Virus record (IMG/VR): IMGVR_UViG_3300034101_003146
Location: 5,779-69,778 of that record
Reading direction: 5' to 3' (one strand)
Origin: a virus
Length of the DNA: 64,000 bases
The position numbers and the translations under genes are program-made. Positions 18,402 through 28,534 of the stretch are shown one piece after another (position 1 is the first letter of the stretch; every line of letters begins with the position of its first letter). Below the pieces are notes generated by a model. The model did not search any database, was not told the origin of the DNA, and saw nothing but the letters and a program-made list of their open reading frames with translations.

Positions 18402-20357
18402 ATGGCGGACAATAAAAATTTAACAGTCTATCAAAAACTATTTTACATGTTTGGGCAAAACAAACCCGAACAAAGGAGTGCTACCCCTAAATATACTTTT
18501 GGTGACGGTGACTTAATTACTACACAATCTCAACAGGATTATAATAAACAAAAATTAGAATTACAACAACAAAATTATCTTGAAGCACAATGGGCAAGAG
18601 TAGATAACGAATTATATCAAAAAGCCGTATACTATGAAACTTCTAGGATTGCTTCATATATGGATTATGAGGCAATGGAATTTACTCCGGAAATTGCAGC
18701 AGCCTTGGATATAATGTCAGAGGAATCCTGTACACCTAGTGAACAGGGTAAGATACTAACAATACAATCAAATTCTAAAAGGGTTAAAAATGTATTAGAA
18801 GATTTATTCTACAATATATTAGACATACAAACTAATTTACCAATGTGGACACGTAATACCTGTAAGTATGGCGATAATTTTGTTTATTTAAAGATAGATA
18901 GACAAAAAGGTATAATCGGTTCAGCACAATTAACCAATATAGAAATTGAACGTAAAGAAGAAGGTTTATTTGGTAACACACCTTCATCTAATAAAGGTGA
19001 CGGAGTTGCTCAAATACCTGAAAAGAAAAAACAAGTTATGTTCCATTGGAGGGATAAAGCTATGGATTTTAACCCTTGGGAGGTTGCTCATTTCCGTTTA
19101 TTAGGTGACGATAGACGCTTACCTTACGGCACATCAATTTTGGAGAAGGCAAGACGTATTTGGAAACAATTATTATTATCTGAAGATGCTATGTTGGTTT
19201 ATCGTGTTGTTAGAGCACCAGAAAGACGTGTATTTAAAATCTATGTTGGTAACATAGATGACAAGGATGTTGATGCATACGTACAAAAAGTTGCTAATAA
19301 ATTTAAAAGAAATCAGATAGTTGACCAAAAAACAGGTCAGGTTGATTTACGTTATAATACATTGGCCGTGGACCAAGATTATTTTGTACCAGTTCGTGAT
19401 CCCAACGCACCAAACCCAATTGATACGTTGGCTGGTGCCTCAAACTTAGACCAAATTGCTGACATTGAATATATACAAAGAAAATTATTAACAGCATTAA
19501 GGGTTCCTAAACCTTTCTTAGGTTTTGATGAGGCCACAGGTGATGGTAAAAGTTTGGCTTTATTGGATATTAGATTTGCACGTACTATTAATCGTATCCA
19601 ACAATCAATGATACAAGAGTTAAATAAATTAGCTATTATACATTTATATGTTCTTGGTTTTCATGATGATTTAAATAATTTCACACTTAACCTCACCAAC
19701 CCATCAACACAGGGTGAAATGTTAAAGGTTGAACAATGGAAGGAAAAAGTTCTTCTTTATAAAGATCTTGTATCACAAATTGACGGTGGTATTGCACCAA
19801 CATCTCACACTTGGGCAAAAAAGAATATTTTTAATTGGACTGACGATGATATTAAAATTGACCTTGAACAACAACGTATGGAAAGAGCTGCAGCTAAAGA
19901 GTTGGAGAATACACCTGAAACAATTAAAAAGACTGGTTATTTTGAAAGAGTTGATAAACTATATGGTGAAATTGGTGCTCCGGCTAAAACTGAAGCTGGT
20001 GCTGAAGGTGCGTCAGGTGGTGAAGAAACAGGAGGCGGTGGTTTCGGTGGCGGAGGATTTGGAGGCGGAGGAGGAGGCTTCGGAGGTGGTGATTTAGGTG
20101 GTGATTTAGGTGGTGGAGAAGGTGGAGAAGGTGGAGACCTAGGTGGTGAAGAAACTGGGGCTGAAACTGGTGGAGGCACTGAGTCTGGATTTGGTGAAAG
20201 TTTTAGATATAAGGACAAATCTATAATAGACAAACTACTTATGGAAGGTATTCGTAAAAACGAAGACATAATGATGATGACAGATGGTATTAAAGATTTA
20301 ATTGGTGAAGAAGAAATAGATGAAGATGAAGATGAATTAGATTTATTACAATCATAA
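18402..20357 (+). CDS. Portal protein (T4 gp20-like) with Gly/acidic C-terminal tail
   Basis: EDAMLVYRVVRAPERRVFKIYVGN, DYFVPVR, DIEY..RKL..ALRVP motifs. Confidence 0.95.
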   Translation: MADNKNLTVYQKLFYMFGQNKPEQRSATPKYTFGDGDLITTQSQQDYNKQKLELQQQNYLEAQWARVDNELYQKAVYYETSRIASYMDYEAMEFTPEIAAALDIMSEESCTPSEQGKILTIQSNSKRVKNVLEDLFYNILDIQTNLPMWTRNTCKYGDNFVYLKIDRQKGIIGSAQLTNIEIERKEEGLFGNTPSSNKGDGVAQIPEKKKQVMFHWRDKAMDFNPWEVAHFRLLGDDRRLPYGTSILEKARRIWKQLLLSEDAMLVYRVVRAPERRVFKIYVGNIDDKDVDAYVQKVANKFKRNQIVDQKTGQVDLRYNTLAVDQDYFVPVRDPNAPNPIDTLAGASNLDQIADIEYIQRKLLTALRVPKPFLGFDEATGDGKSLALLDIRFARTINRIQQSMIQELNKLAIIHLYVLGFHDDLNNFTLNLTNPSTQGEMLKVEQWKEKVLLYKDLVSQIDGGIAPTSHTWAKKNIFNWTDDDIKIDLEQQRMERAAAKELENTPETIKKTGYFERVDKLYGEIGAPAKTEAGAEGASGGEETGGGGFGGGGFGGGGGGFGGGDLGGDLGGGEGGEGGDLGGEETGAETGGGTESGFGESFRYKDKSIIDKLLMEGIRKNEDIMMMTDGIKDLIGEEEIDEDEDELDLLQS

Positions 20358-20382
20358 CGATATTTATAATTAAAAAATAAAG

Positions 20383-21390
20383 ATGGATTTTGGAACAATA
20401 AAAAATACATTCACAGAGATTTTAATTGAATCTCACATTAAAAGTGATAACAAAGGTAAAAATTTATATAAAAAATTTTTAAGAACACTCAAAGAAAGTG
20501 AGACATTAAAAACATATTTTGTTGCTTACAAAAATTTAGAAGATAAAACTTTTAATACAGAAAATGAGGCTACCGAATATATTAAAGAACATATAAGTAT
20601 TTTAAAAAGATATAAAGGTCAAAAAAGTATTGTTAATGAAAATAAAAAACTTATTAAATTATTAGAAAGTAATGGTTATAAAATAACACAAAAACCAAAC
20701 GATTTACATAAAGCTTTAAATAATTTAATCCGTACAAATAAAGATGTTACGACGATTGATACTATTTTGGAATCTACAAATGTTCTTAAAAAACATTTAA
20801 CCACCCCCAAAATAAAATTAAATGAAAACTTATATTCTAAAACTAAATTCTTTAAAGAGGGTGATAAAATAAAAGTGACTAGATTACCAGAAGAAAAACC
20901 TAATGACAGATTACCTAGAGGTTATGAGGGTCTTAAGATAGGTGATGTGTTGACAGTTAATAAAATATGGAGTAACACTGAAGGTGTGATTTATGGTACG
21001 GATTTTAACGATACTCATGGTTTATCTAATTATGATGTAGAAAATTTAACTGGTAAAAAATTAAAAGAAAATAAAGTAAACCCAAACAAATTTTTAAATA
21101 TTGTTGTTGAAAAATACAACGAAAAATACTCCAACATAGATGAACAAGATAAAAAAATTATTAAAACAATTTTATCTAGTAGTGAAAAAGAAAAAGAAAC
21201 ATTATTAAATGATTTAAAAAATGAATCCATTAACTTAATAACTAAATTGGTAAGTGAATATAACGATAATTTAGAGATTAAAGTTAGGTTATTGGAATCA
21301 AAAGATTTTCTTTATAATATGAATTTCAATAAAGAAACTTTTAAAGACGATATTGTAAAAATATATGATTTAATGAAAAATTTAAGTTAA
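20383..21390 (+). CDS. Hypothetical head-module protein
   Basis: 335 aa directly after portal; helical with a central beta-rich insert. Confidence 0.7.
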   Translation: MDFGTIKNTFTEILIESHIKSDNKGKNLYKKFLRTLKESETLKTYFVAYKNLEDKTFNTENEATEYIKEHISILKRYKGQKSIVNENKKLIKLLESNGYKITQKPNDLHKALNNLIRTNKDVTTIDTILESTNVLKKHLTTPKIKLNENLYSKTKFFKEGDKIKVTRLPEEKPNDRLPRGYEGLKIGDVLTVNKIWSNTEGVIYGTDFNDTHGLSNYDVENLTGKKLKENKVNPNKFLNIVVEKYNEKYSNIDEQDKKIIKTILSSSEKEKETLLNDLKNESINLITKLVSEYNDNLEIKVRLLESKDFLYNMNFNKETFKDDIVKIYDLMKNLS

Positions 21391-21413
21391 TTAAAAATAA
21401 TTTTAAAAAGTAA

Positions 21414-21450
21414 AGGGTCTGAAGTAAAAAATTCAGACCTTTTTTATTTT
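21414..21450 (+). terminator. Rho-independent terminator
   Basis: GGTCTGAA/TTCAGACC stem plus T-run. Confidence 0.75.
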
Positions 21451-21500
21451 TTCTTAATATTTATTTAAATAAATATAATCCACAAAAAACAGTTTACATA

Positions 21501-21725
21501 ATGATGGAATCCGAAAATATCATACAACTTAGACATTTAATAGATGAGTTGGACAAACAAGATAGACTAAGTGATGAATATTATAAAATATTAAATAATA
21601 TTGTTCGAATTATAAACGAAGAACAGACTGTTATATGTGGTTTAAAAGGCAATGAAAATAAAATAAAACATTACGAAAGTATCTGTAAGAATATACTTTC
21701 GATTATTTCATCGGTTAAAGTATGA
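21501..21725 (+). CDS. Hypothetical protein
   Basis: 74-aa ORF. Confidence 0.6.
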   Translation: MMESENIIQLRHLIDELDKQDRLSDEYYKILNNIVRIINEEQTVICGLKGNENKIKHYESICKNILSIISSVKV

Positions 21726-22075
21726 GTTTAGATGACGAAAACATATCAAAAAATGGTTGGTCGGAGTATGGTCGTTTAGTTCTTAAAGAGTTAGAAAGAC
21801 TTAATGCTGGACAAGAAGAAATTAAAAGGGATTTAGATAAAAAATTTCAAGAATTAAACCAAAAAATGTCAGATTTTAAAAACACTGAAAAGGATGTTGA
21901 AGACCTTAAAAAATGGAAAGAAAGTGTTATAGAAGTATGGTCAGTAACACAAATGCAACAAGGTAAGAATGAAATTTATAAACAAAAAAATGAATGGCAA
22001 AAAGTTATTGGTATTGTTATTGCATCACAAGTTGTTGTAGGTTTATTATTAGCTTTTAAAGATAAATTATTTTAA
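21722..22075 (+). CDS. Coiled-coil protein with C-terminal TM helix
   Basis: Coiled-coil pattern then VIGIVIASQVVVGLLLAF. Confidence 0.65.
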   Translation: MSLDDENISKNGWSEYGRLVLKELERLNAGQEEIKRDLDKKFQELNQKMSDFKNTEKDVEDLKKWKESVIEVWSVTQMQQGKNEIYKQKNEWQKVIGIVIASQVVVGLLLAFKDKLF

Positions 22076-22076
22076 T

Positions 22077-22349
22077 ATGTTAAAAGAAATTTTAAAAGAA
22101 AAAGGTAAGTGGTCACAAGGACGTGTTTATTTATTTTTATCAATAGTGTCTTATTACATAACTTTAGGTATATTAACATACGTGGGTTTTAAAAAGAGTG
22201 AGGTTGATATGGATAAATTTAAAATGATTGTAGACGCATTGGAGTATGCTATGACATTGTTCGGTGGGTATGTTTTTGGTGGTAAATTTATTGACGCTTA
22301 CAAATCGATATCTGAAAGTAAAAAAACTGATAAACAAGAAGAAACATAA
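22077..22349 (+). CDS. Two-TM membrane protein (holin-like)
   Basis: Two hydrophobic segments, charged C-terminus. Confidence 0.5.
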   Translation: MLKEILKEKGKWSQGRVYLFLSIVSYYITLGILTYVGFKKSEVDMDKFKMIVDALEYAMTLFGGYVFGGKFIDAYKSISESKKTDKQEET

Positions 22350-22378
22350 AAAAACCCCTTTAGGGGTTTTTTATTTTT
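22349..22378 (+). terminator. Rho-independent terminator
   Basis: AAAAAACCCCT-TT-AGGGGTTTTTT. Confidence 0.8.
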
Positions 22379-22446
22379 AAATAGTTTCCAACATAATAAA
22401 TTTTTATTATACTTGTTTTAATAATAAAAAATAAATAACAAAATTT

Positions 22447-23583
22447 ATGAATGACAAAGTTTTCTTAGAGTACATTTGGTTAGACGGTAATGTACCACAA
22501 AAACTTCGAAGTAAAACTAAAGTTGTGGATGCACAAGATATTGTAACTTCAGAAGGTACAAAAAATCAAGGTTATCCAGAGGCTAATCCACTATGGAGTT
22601 TTGATGGTAGTTCCACTAAACAAGCTGGTAAAGAATTTGATTTTAAAGGTACCGATTGTGTACTTAAGCCCGTCTATGTGGTTGATGACCCTTTAAGAGG
22701 ATCCCCACACAAATTAGTTTTATGTGAGGTATATAACCCAGACGGTAAAACACCCCATAAAACAAATACAAGATCTAAACTCACTAAATTATTAAAAGAA
22801 CTTAAATTTAAGGAGTATGATGCTAACCATAACGAAGTACCTTGGTTTGGTTGGGAACAAGAGTATATAATCACTCACCCAGTAAATGAGAACAGTCCGT
22901 TTCAATATGATGGTGGCATACCTTTAGGTTTTAATAAAGATGCTGATAAACCAAGACCTCAAGGTGATTATTATTGTGGTGTTGGTGGTTTGAACACCAT
23001 TGGTCGAGATATTGTAGAGGATCACCTTAATAAATGTTCTCAAATAGGTTTATCTATTGGTGGTGTCAATGCTGAGGTGTTGATTGGTCAGTGGGAATAT
23101 CAAATAGGTCCTGTGACAGCATTGAACGGTTCAGACCAATTATGGATTTCAAGGTATATCTTACAAAGAATTGCTGAGAATTATGGTTACGACATTAGTC
23201 TACACCCTAAACCTGTTAAAGGTGATTGGAATGGTAGTGGTTGTCACGTTAATTTCTCAACAAAGGAGATGAGAGACAATAAAGGTTTAGATGTTATTTT
23301 AGAGGCTTGTGAAAAACTAAAAGTTAGACATAGAGAACATATAGAAGTATATGGTGAACATAATGAATTACGTTTAACAGGTAATCATGAAACTTCTAGT
23401 ATTAATGATTTTAGTTTTGGTAATAGTGACCGTGGTTCTAGCATAAGAATTCCTGTACAAACCTACACAAATAAAAAGGGTTACTTCGAAGATAGAAGAC
23501 CGGCAGCAAACTGTGACCCATACAAAGTTTCATTAGTTATGATTGAGACTGTTTTTGATAAGGCTGCAATAACAGTTACGTAA
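22447..23583 (+). CDS. glnII: Glutamine synthetase type II
   Basis: EYIWLDG, LRSKT, WSFDGSST, PQGDYYCGVG, NAEV..GQWEYQIGP, HPKP..GDWNGSGCH.NFST, RLTG.HET, GYFEDRRPAANCDPY. Confidence 0.95.
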   Translation: MNDKVFLEYIWLDGNVPQKLRSKTKVVDAQDIVTSEGTKNQGYPEANPLWSFDGSSTKQAGKEFDFKGTDCVLKPVYVVDDPLRGSPHKLVLCEVYNPDGKTPHKTNTRSKLTKLLKELKFKEYDANHNEVPWFGWEQEYIITHPVNENSPFQYDGGIPLGFNKDADKPRPQGDYYCGVGGLNTIGRDIVEDHLNKCSQIGLSIGGVNAEVLIGQWEYQIGPVTALNGSDQLWISRYILQRIAENYGYDISLHPKPVKGDWNGSGCHVNFSTKEMRDNKGLDVILEACEKLKVRHREHIEVYGEHNELRLTGNHETSSINDFSFGNSDRGSSIRIPVQTYTNKKGYFEDRRPAANCDPYKVSLVMIETVFDKAAITVT

Positions 23584-23594
23584 CTAATAGTTTT

Positions 23595-24026
23595 ATGAAA
23601 AGAGGAAAAGAAATCAAACTCAACCTACCCTATGAGTATAATGTTATATCAGGTGCGGTTGATAACAGAAACCCAGAATCAATCTACATACAAATATCGG
23701 CTTGGGGTAAACCAAAGAATAAAGAAGAAGAAAATTTTGACACCATTATCAAACAAAAATCAAAAAAAGTAAAACGTAAGTTGTTTGAGGTTTTAGATAC
23801 TGAACAATTTTTACCAACAGCAATTGTAGATTTTAATATGGCATCATCAGGTGTTTCTTACAATAAAAGAAGTTTTATGTCTGTAGAATTAACCTTATTC
23901 CAAAAAATACCATTACCAGTAAATTCAAAAGAATTAATACCTAAATTAAATAAAATATCGGAAACAATTATAAAAGATATTTTTGAAAAGGATGAAGATT
24001 TTAAATTTTACAAAAAAAAGAATTAA
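23595..24026 (+). CDS. Hypothetical protein
   Basis: 143-aa ORF. Confidence 0.7.
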   Translation: MKRGKEIKLNLPYEYNVISGAVDNRNPESIYIQISAWGKPKNKEEENFDTIIKQKSKKVKRKLFEVLDTEQFLPTAIVDFNMASSGVSYNKRSFMSVELTLFQKIPLPVNSKELIPKLNKISETIIKDIFEKDEDFKFYKKKN

Positions 24027-24027
24027 C

Positions 24028-24060
24028 AAAAAACCCCGAAATTTTCGGGGTTTTATTTTT
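24028..24060. terminator. Bidirectional terminator between convergent genes
   Basis: AAAAAACCCCGAAA-TTTTCGGGGTTTT. Confidence 0.85.
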
Positions 24061-26362
24061 AAAAATAAATTTCTTTTATAACACCTTCTAATTCTAAAGG
24101 TGACATACTTTCCCATTCGGTTATATTGTTAGATATAACAGGTTTGCCACCATTTTGTTTATCTACCGCAATTGTAATATGTGGGGTTTTATTATCAATA
24201 ACTAATTGTGTATCTACCTTGACTGCCATGACATTATCTAACTCACCTACATGTGTAACCAATAAATCTATTGACTGACCTAATAGTGGTTTATATATTT
24301 CTTTTATTGGTCCCATATTGATTGTCATATGGTGAGCTATTATATCCCAACCTTCAGGTATGTTTAAACTATTAATCAATTTAGTTCTAGATTGTTCCGT
24401 CAATACAACAGCCGAATAAGATACTTTTTTAACCTCTTCTTTCATTAACTTTTTAAACATCCCCCTTTCTATCCTATCTTTTTCTATACCTATTTCTCTA
24501 CCTTTAAAACCTTGTTTCATAATTTCTTCACCAGATGTAGTTATCTTATATTTTATAAAAGCTTCAATTAATTTTGGGTTTATATTATTTATTTGGCCAA
24601 AAATTCTTAAAGTATCATCATCCATTCTAATGGCGTCATATCTTTCTTTAAGTTTATATAAATCACCACTATTAGTATTAAAGAATTTTATTAAGAAAGC
24701 AATTTTCTTACCTTCTTCAGAGGTATATTTAAGTGTGTCAATTATGTAGTTTTCAACCAACTTAGGTTCATTACTTATAAGTAAAGTTGCTATAAGTACG
24801 ATAGGATTTCTAGTTTCTATCAAAGGATCAGTTTTAACTACAAGTCTACCAAATATCCAATCCCACAGGTTTAGATTGGTTATCATTTGTGTGAAATAAC
24901 CAACTGATTGTGATTGTTTAATACCTTTTAAAAACTCATCTCTAATCCTTTCTTGTGACAATGGTAAACCGTTACCACTTATTGGTGTTTTATCTTTAGT
25001 AATGGCATTTACGATATCTTTGTCTAATTTGGATCCAGTTCTTGATGCGAACCTAATTGACCTAAGTATACGTAATTTATCCTCATCAAAACGTTCCGAT
25101 GCTGAACCAACAGTCCTAACCAAGTTTCTTTCTATGTCATCAATACCACCAACTAAGTCAACCACTTCACCTTTATCTATATCATAAAATAAAGCATTAA
25201 TGGTTAAATCTCTACGTAATACATCTTGGTCGATTGAGGTGAATTCAACAGAATCTGGCCTACGTCCTCTCCCCAAATCTTTCCGGAAAGTGGCAATTTC
25301 ATATTGACCGTCTTCGGCAACAACGTTAACAATACCAAATTGTTCACCAACATTTATGGTTTGGTACATATTTAACATGGATTTAATTTCTTCTGGTTTA
25401 GCATTAGTAACTAAATCAAAATCTTTAGGTTCTTGACCTAATAATAAATCCCTTACCGCTCCACCAACAACATATAATTCATAACCATTATTTTTAAAGA
25501 TTTGGTTCATTTGTAATACAGATTTTGGTAAATCCATATTTAATTTTTTTCTAATAACATTTTCTGTCATTGTAGGTTTTCTATATAAAGGGTTTTTAAC
25601 AAATATTATTACATCTTCACCTTCATTCTTATCGTATTTACTAATATCTTTTAAAAAAGACCAACAATTACCATCACAATCTTTATTGTTATGATTACGG
25701 TAATTAACCTGACCAAAATAATTTGAACCCAAGTCATCCCTACCATAAAACTTAACCAAAATTAATTCTAAACCACTATTAGATAAACCTTCATCAATTA
25801 TGATACCTTCATCCCAATCAAAATTAGATAGTTCATCACTACCATCGATAATAACTTCAAGACCTTTTTTTAATATACCGTAAGTTGGTGTGATGTATTC
25901 TTTATCGGGTTCATCGTCACCTATAATATCATCAAACCATTCTTGGTTATCCACAACACTCTCATTTATTTTGGTTGAAACTGATATTTTTAACGTATCT
26001 TTACTTTCTTCAAATTCAGTATAATCTCTCATAAATGACCAACATCTTTTACCCCCACAATCCCCTTTATAATTATCCCACAGCGGTGATGACATATTTA
26101 TGACATTTTCTTCAAAATTTTTATCGTTGAATTTAACTAAAATTACATCATTACCTCTAAACGGTGTAATACCAATAATTACACCAACACTTTTGTCAAA
26201 AATAACGTCAATATTGTCTTCATCATAACCACTAATTAGTACAGAATCACCAACGTTTAACATATCTTTTGATACGGCAGGGACAAAATCAATATTCAGT
26301 GTATCTTTAACCCATTCAAAATCATCAAATTCTTTTAACATTTTTTTAACACAATCTTTCAT
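24059..26362 (-). CDS. Multi-module protein: two tandem unknown domains, class II CCA-adding/poly(A) nucleotidyltransferase, C-terminal 2H phosphoesterase
   Basis: VGGAVRD, KDFD, RRDLTINAL, EDKLRILR; HMT...HIT 2H motifs; two N-terminal modules each ending ILVKF...C..CWSF. Confidence 0.88.
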   Translation of the reverse strand: MKDCVKKMLKEFDDFEWVKDTLNIDFVPAVSKDMLNVGDSVLISGYDEDNIDVIFDKSVGVIIGITPFRGNDVILVKFNDKNFEENVINMSSPLWDNYKGDCGGKRCWSFMRDYTEFEESKDTLKISVSTKINESVVDNQEWFDDIIGDDEPDKEYITPTYGILKKGLEVIIDGSDELSNFDWDEGIIIDEGLSNSGLELILVKFYGRDDLGSNYFGQVNYRNHNNKDCDGNCWSFLKDISKYDKNEGEDVIIFVKNPLYRKPTMTENVIRKKLNMDLPKSVLQMNQIFKNNGYELYVVGGAVRDLLLGQEPKDFDLVTNAKPEEIKSMLNMYQTINVGEQFGIVNVVAEDGQYEIATFRKDLGRGRRPDSVEFTSIDQDVLRRDLTINALFYDIDKGEVVDLVGGIDDIERNLVRTVGSASERFDEDKLRILRSIRFASRTGSKLDKDIVNAITKDKTPISGNGLPLSQERIRDEFLKGIKQSQSVGYFTQMITNLNLWDWIFGRLVVKTDPLIETRNPIVLIATLLISNEPKLVENYIIDTLKYTSEEGKKIAFLIKFFNTNSGDLYKLKERYDAIRMDDDTLRIFGQINNINPKLIEAFIKYKITTSGEEIMKQGFKGREIGIEKDRIERGMFKKLMKEEVKKVSYSAVVLTEQSRTKLINSLNIPEGWDIIAHHMTINMGPIKEIYKPLLGQSIDLLVTHVGELDNVMAVKVDTQLVIDNKTPHITIAVDKQNGGKPVISNNITEWESMSPLELEGVIKEIYF

Positions 26363-26412
26363 ATATAGTAAATATCCGCAACTACTGCATATTTATATAA
26401 TAAACTTTAAAA

Positions 26413-27225
26413 ATGAAAATTTTAAAACCAGGTGAAACAAATATTAGGGGTATCATGGTGGAATATGATTCCGGTTATATATCACCAAATTTAGAATATA
26501 AAGGTAGGAAAAACTCTGACTTAATTAAAGAACATCTACAATCTTTAAATGAATTTAAATCAGGTACAAATATAGGAAAAGATGGTAGTTTACCAGAAGT
26601 TGTTATAGTTTATGCCGTATTACAAAAATGGGGTATAGAAAATAAAAACGGTAGAATTTATCCTAAAGAAATTTTAGAAAGAGAAAACAAAAGATATCAA
26701 GAATATATAAAAATGGGTACTTCACTTGGTGAATTAAATCACCCAGAAAGTTCTATTATAGATGCTGATAGAGTTTCCCATAGAATAACAGAAACATGGT
26801 GGGAAGGTAAAACTTTGATGGGTAAATTAGAGTTGGATACTACACCAGGTTACCATAAAATGGGTATCATTAGTTCTGTTGGTGATAAGGTTGTTAATAT
26901 GATTAGAAAAGGTTGGACTGTTGGTATTTCATCTCGTGGTGTTGGATCCCTTAAACAAGAAGGTGGTAAAAATGTAGTACAAGATGATTTCGAATTAATA
27001 TGTTGGGATATAGTCACATCACCATCAACACCTGGTTCTTGGATTTCAACTGACACCGCTGATTTGAAAACATTTACCGAATCAACTCAAGGTTGTAATG
27101 GTTATTCTTGTCAGTGGAATTTAGTGGAAGATGCACCTATTAAAAAAATAACGATATCTTATACTGATATTACAGATATAAAAAATAATAAATTAATAGA
27201 TAGTTTAAATAAATTTTTAAAATGA
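26413..27225 (+). CDS. Prohead core protease (T4 gp21-like)
   Basis: NKNGRIYP, LGELNHP, VSH, GISSRGVGS, DIVTSPSTPGS. Confidence 0.93.
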   Translation: MKILKPGETNIRGIMVEYDSGYISPNLEYKGRKNSDLIKEHLQSLNEFKSGTNIGKDGSLPEVVIVYAVLQKWGIENKNGRIYPKEILERENKRYQEYIKMGTSLGELNHPESSIIDADRVSHRITETWWEGKTLMGKLELDTTPGYHKMGIISSVGDKVVNMIRKGWTVGISSRGVGSLKQEGGKNVVQDDFELICWDIVTSPSTPGSWISTDTADLKTFTESTQGCNGYSCQWNLVEDAPIKKITISYTDITDIKNNKLIDSLNKFLK

Positions 27226-27866
27226 GTAAAGTAATTAGGTTAAACGAGAACGATATTGAAAAGTTGGTAAAGAGAATAATGTCTGAAGGTTTAAACCCAC
27301 ATTTGAAATCTTCTATTGAGGATGTTATAAATTATGTAGAAACCCACAGTCCTGAGATTGTATATAAAATGCAAGACGGAGGTGTGGAAACATATTATAC
27401 TAAATTTGAATTAAATGGAGAAAAAATACAAATAGAAGTACAACACCATTTACCTCTTCTACCACCCATTGTTAAAATAAATAATTTTCAAGAAAATAAT
27501 GGGAAAAATAGAAAACTGTTAAACGTTATTAAAAACACATTAAAGAAACAAAATAGGGTTAATGAGGCTTGGCCACAAAGAGAATTGGATAGAAAGGCAA
27601 CAAGTTATCGTAGAAGGGAATTTGAACCATATAAAAGAGAAAAAAATATACAAAAACTTTTTGGTAAGTATGCTGAAGATGTACCACCACAAGTTATCCA
27701 ATATTTAAGAAAAATACCTGGTACTATAGTTAAACGTTTAGTTGATATCTATGGTTATGACAGAATTGAAGGTTATCTACAGAAAGCCGTAGCCAATCAA
27801 GTTCAGGAAAATTATAACTTTGATGAAATTATTTCTCAAAAAAATAAATCTAACCAAAAATTTTAA
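27222..27866 (+). CDS. Hypothetical protein with shared leader (possible head protein)
   Basis: MSKVIRLNENDIEKLVKRIMSE leader nearly identical to ORF at 38871. Confidence 0.7.
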   Translation: MSKVIRLNENDIEKLVKRIMSEGLNPHLKSSIEDVINYVETHSPEIVYKMQDGGVETYYTKFELNGEKIQIEVQHHLPLLPPIVKINNFQENNGKNRKLLNVIKNTLKKQNRVNEAWPQRELDRKATSYRRREFEPYKREKNIQKLFGKYAEDVPPQVIQYLRKIPGTIVKRLVDIYGYDRIEGYLQKAVANQVQENYNFDEIISQKNKSNQKF

Positions 27867-27876
27867 TATTTAATTT

Positions 27877-27935
27877 GCGCAGCTGCGCTTTTGCAAAAGC
27901 AGCTTAGCAAAGATCAAAAAGATCATAAAGCAGCA
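27877..27935. other. GC-rich overlapping palindromes in an intergenic gap
   Basis: GCGCAGCTGCGC (27877-88), GCTTTTGCAAAAGC (27887-900), then AAAGATCA twice. Confidence 0.6.
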
Positions 27936-27949
27936 AAAAATTTTTAAAA

Positions 27950-28438
27950 ATGAATTTCGTAGATAGAGTGATATTAGAAGCAAAAAAGAAAGGTAAAAAG
28001 GTAAATCCTTGGGCTGTTTGTACAGCATCAGTTGGTGGTAAAATAGGTGATACCAAGAGAAGTGATTGGACTGAGGCACAAAAAGAAAGATATGAAAAAT
28101 GTGTTAAAGATGTAAAAAAGAAATCACCAATTAAAGAAGGTAGAATTAATGAATATGGTGGTTATGATGATCCAAATATGTTTGCTCAACACGCTGGTGG
28201 TTATATGGGTGCCATCAAACATCATTATAATAATATAGTTACTTCTTTAAATGAATTGGATAATTTATCTCCAGAAATTTTAGATGACCAATTAAGAAAT
28301 GCTTTGGAAGATTTTTTGTCCAAGGTAGACGTTTCTGTTAGAAAATTAGGTAAAGAAGCAATTGAGGCTGAAAAAAGACATTTAGGTAAACTTAGAGGCG
28401 GAAGACCATCATCAAGAGATGATTATGACTACGAATAA
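27950..28438 (+). CDS. Hypothetical protein
   Basis: NPWAVCTASVG...YEKCVKDVK motif; VILE| and INE| junctions. Confidence 0.7.
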   Translation: MNFVDRVILEAKKKGKKVNPWAVCTASVGGKIGDTKRSDWTEAQKERYEKCVKDVKKKSPIKEGRINEYGGYDDPNMFAQHAGGYMGAIKHHYNNIVTSLNELDNLSPEILDDQLRNALEDFLSKVDVSVRKLGKEAIEAEKRHLGKLRGGRPSSRDDYDYE

Positions 28439-28460
28439 ACAAATATAACAATTTATTACA

Positions 28461-28498
28461 AATAAGGGATATGTGGTTTACATATCCCTTATTTTTTT
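28461..28498 (+). terminator. Rho-independent terminator
   Basis: AATAAGGGATATG/CATATCCCTTATT stem plus T-run. Confidence 0.85.
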
Positions 28499-28534
28499 GT
28501 AGAATTATACTATAAATTTAAAAAACTAAAACAA

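Noticed and set aside
19729-20410. Pro-rich antisense and alternate-frame ORFs over the portal tail
   Set aside because: By-products of Gly/Glu codon runs
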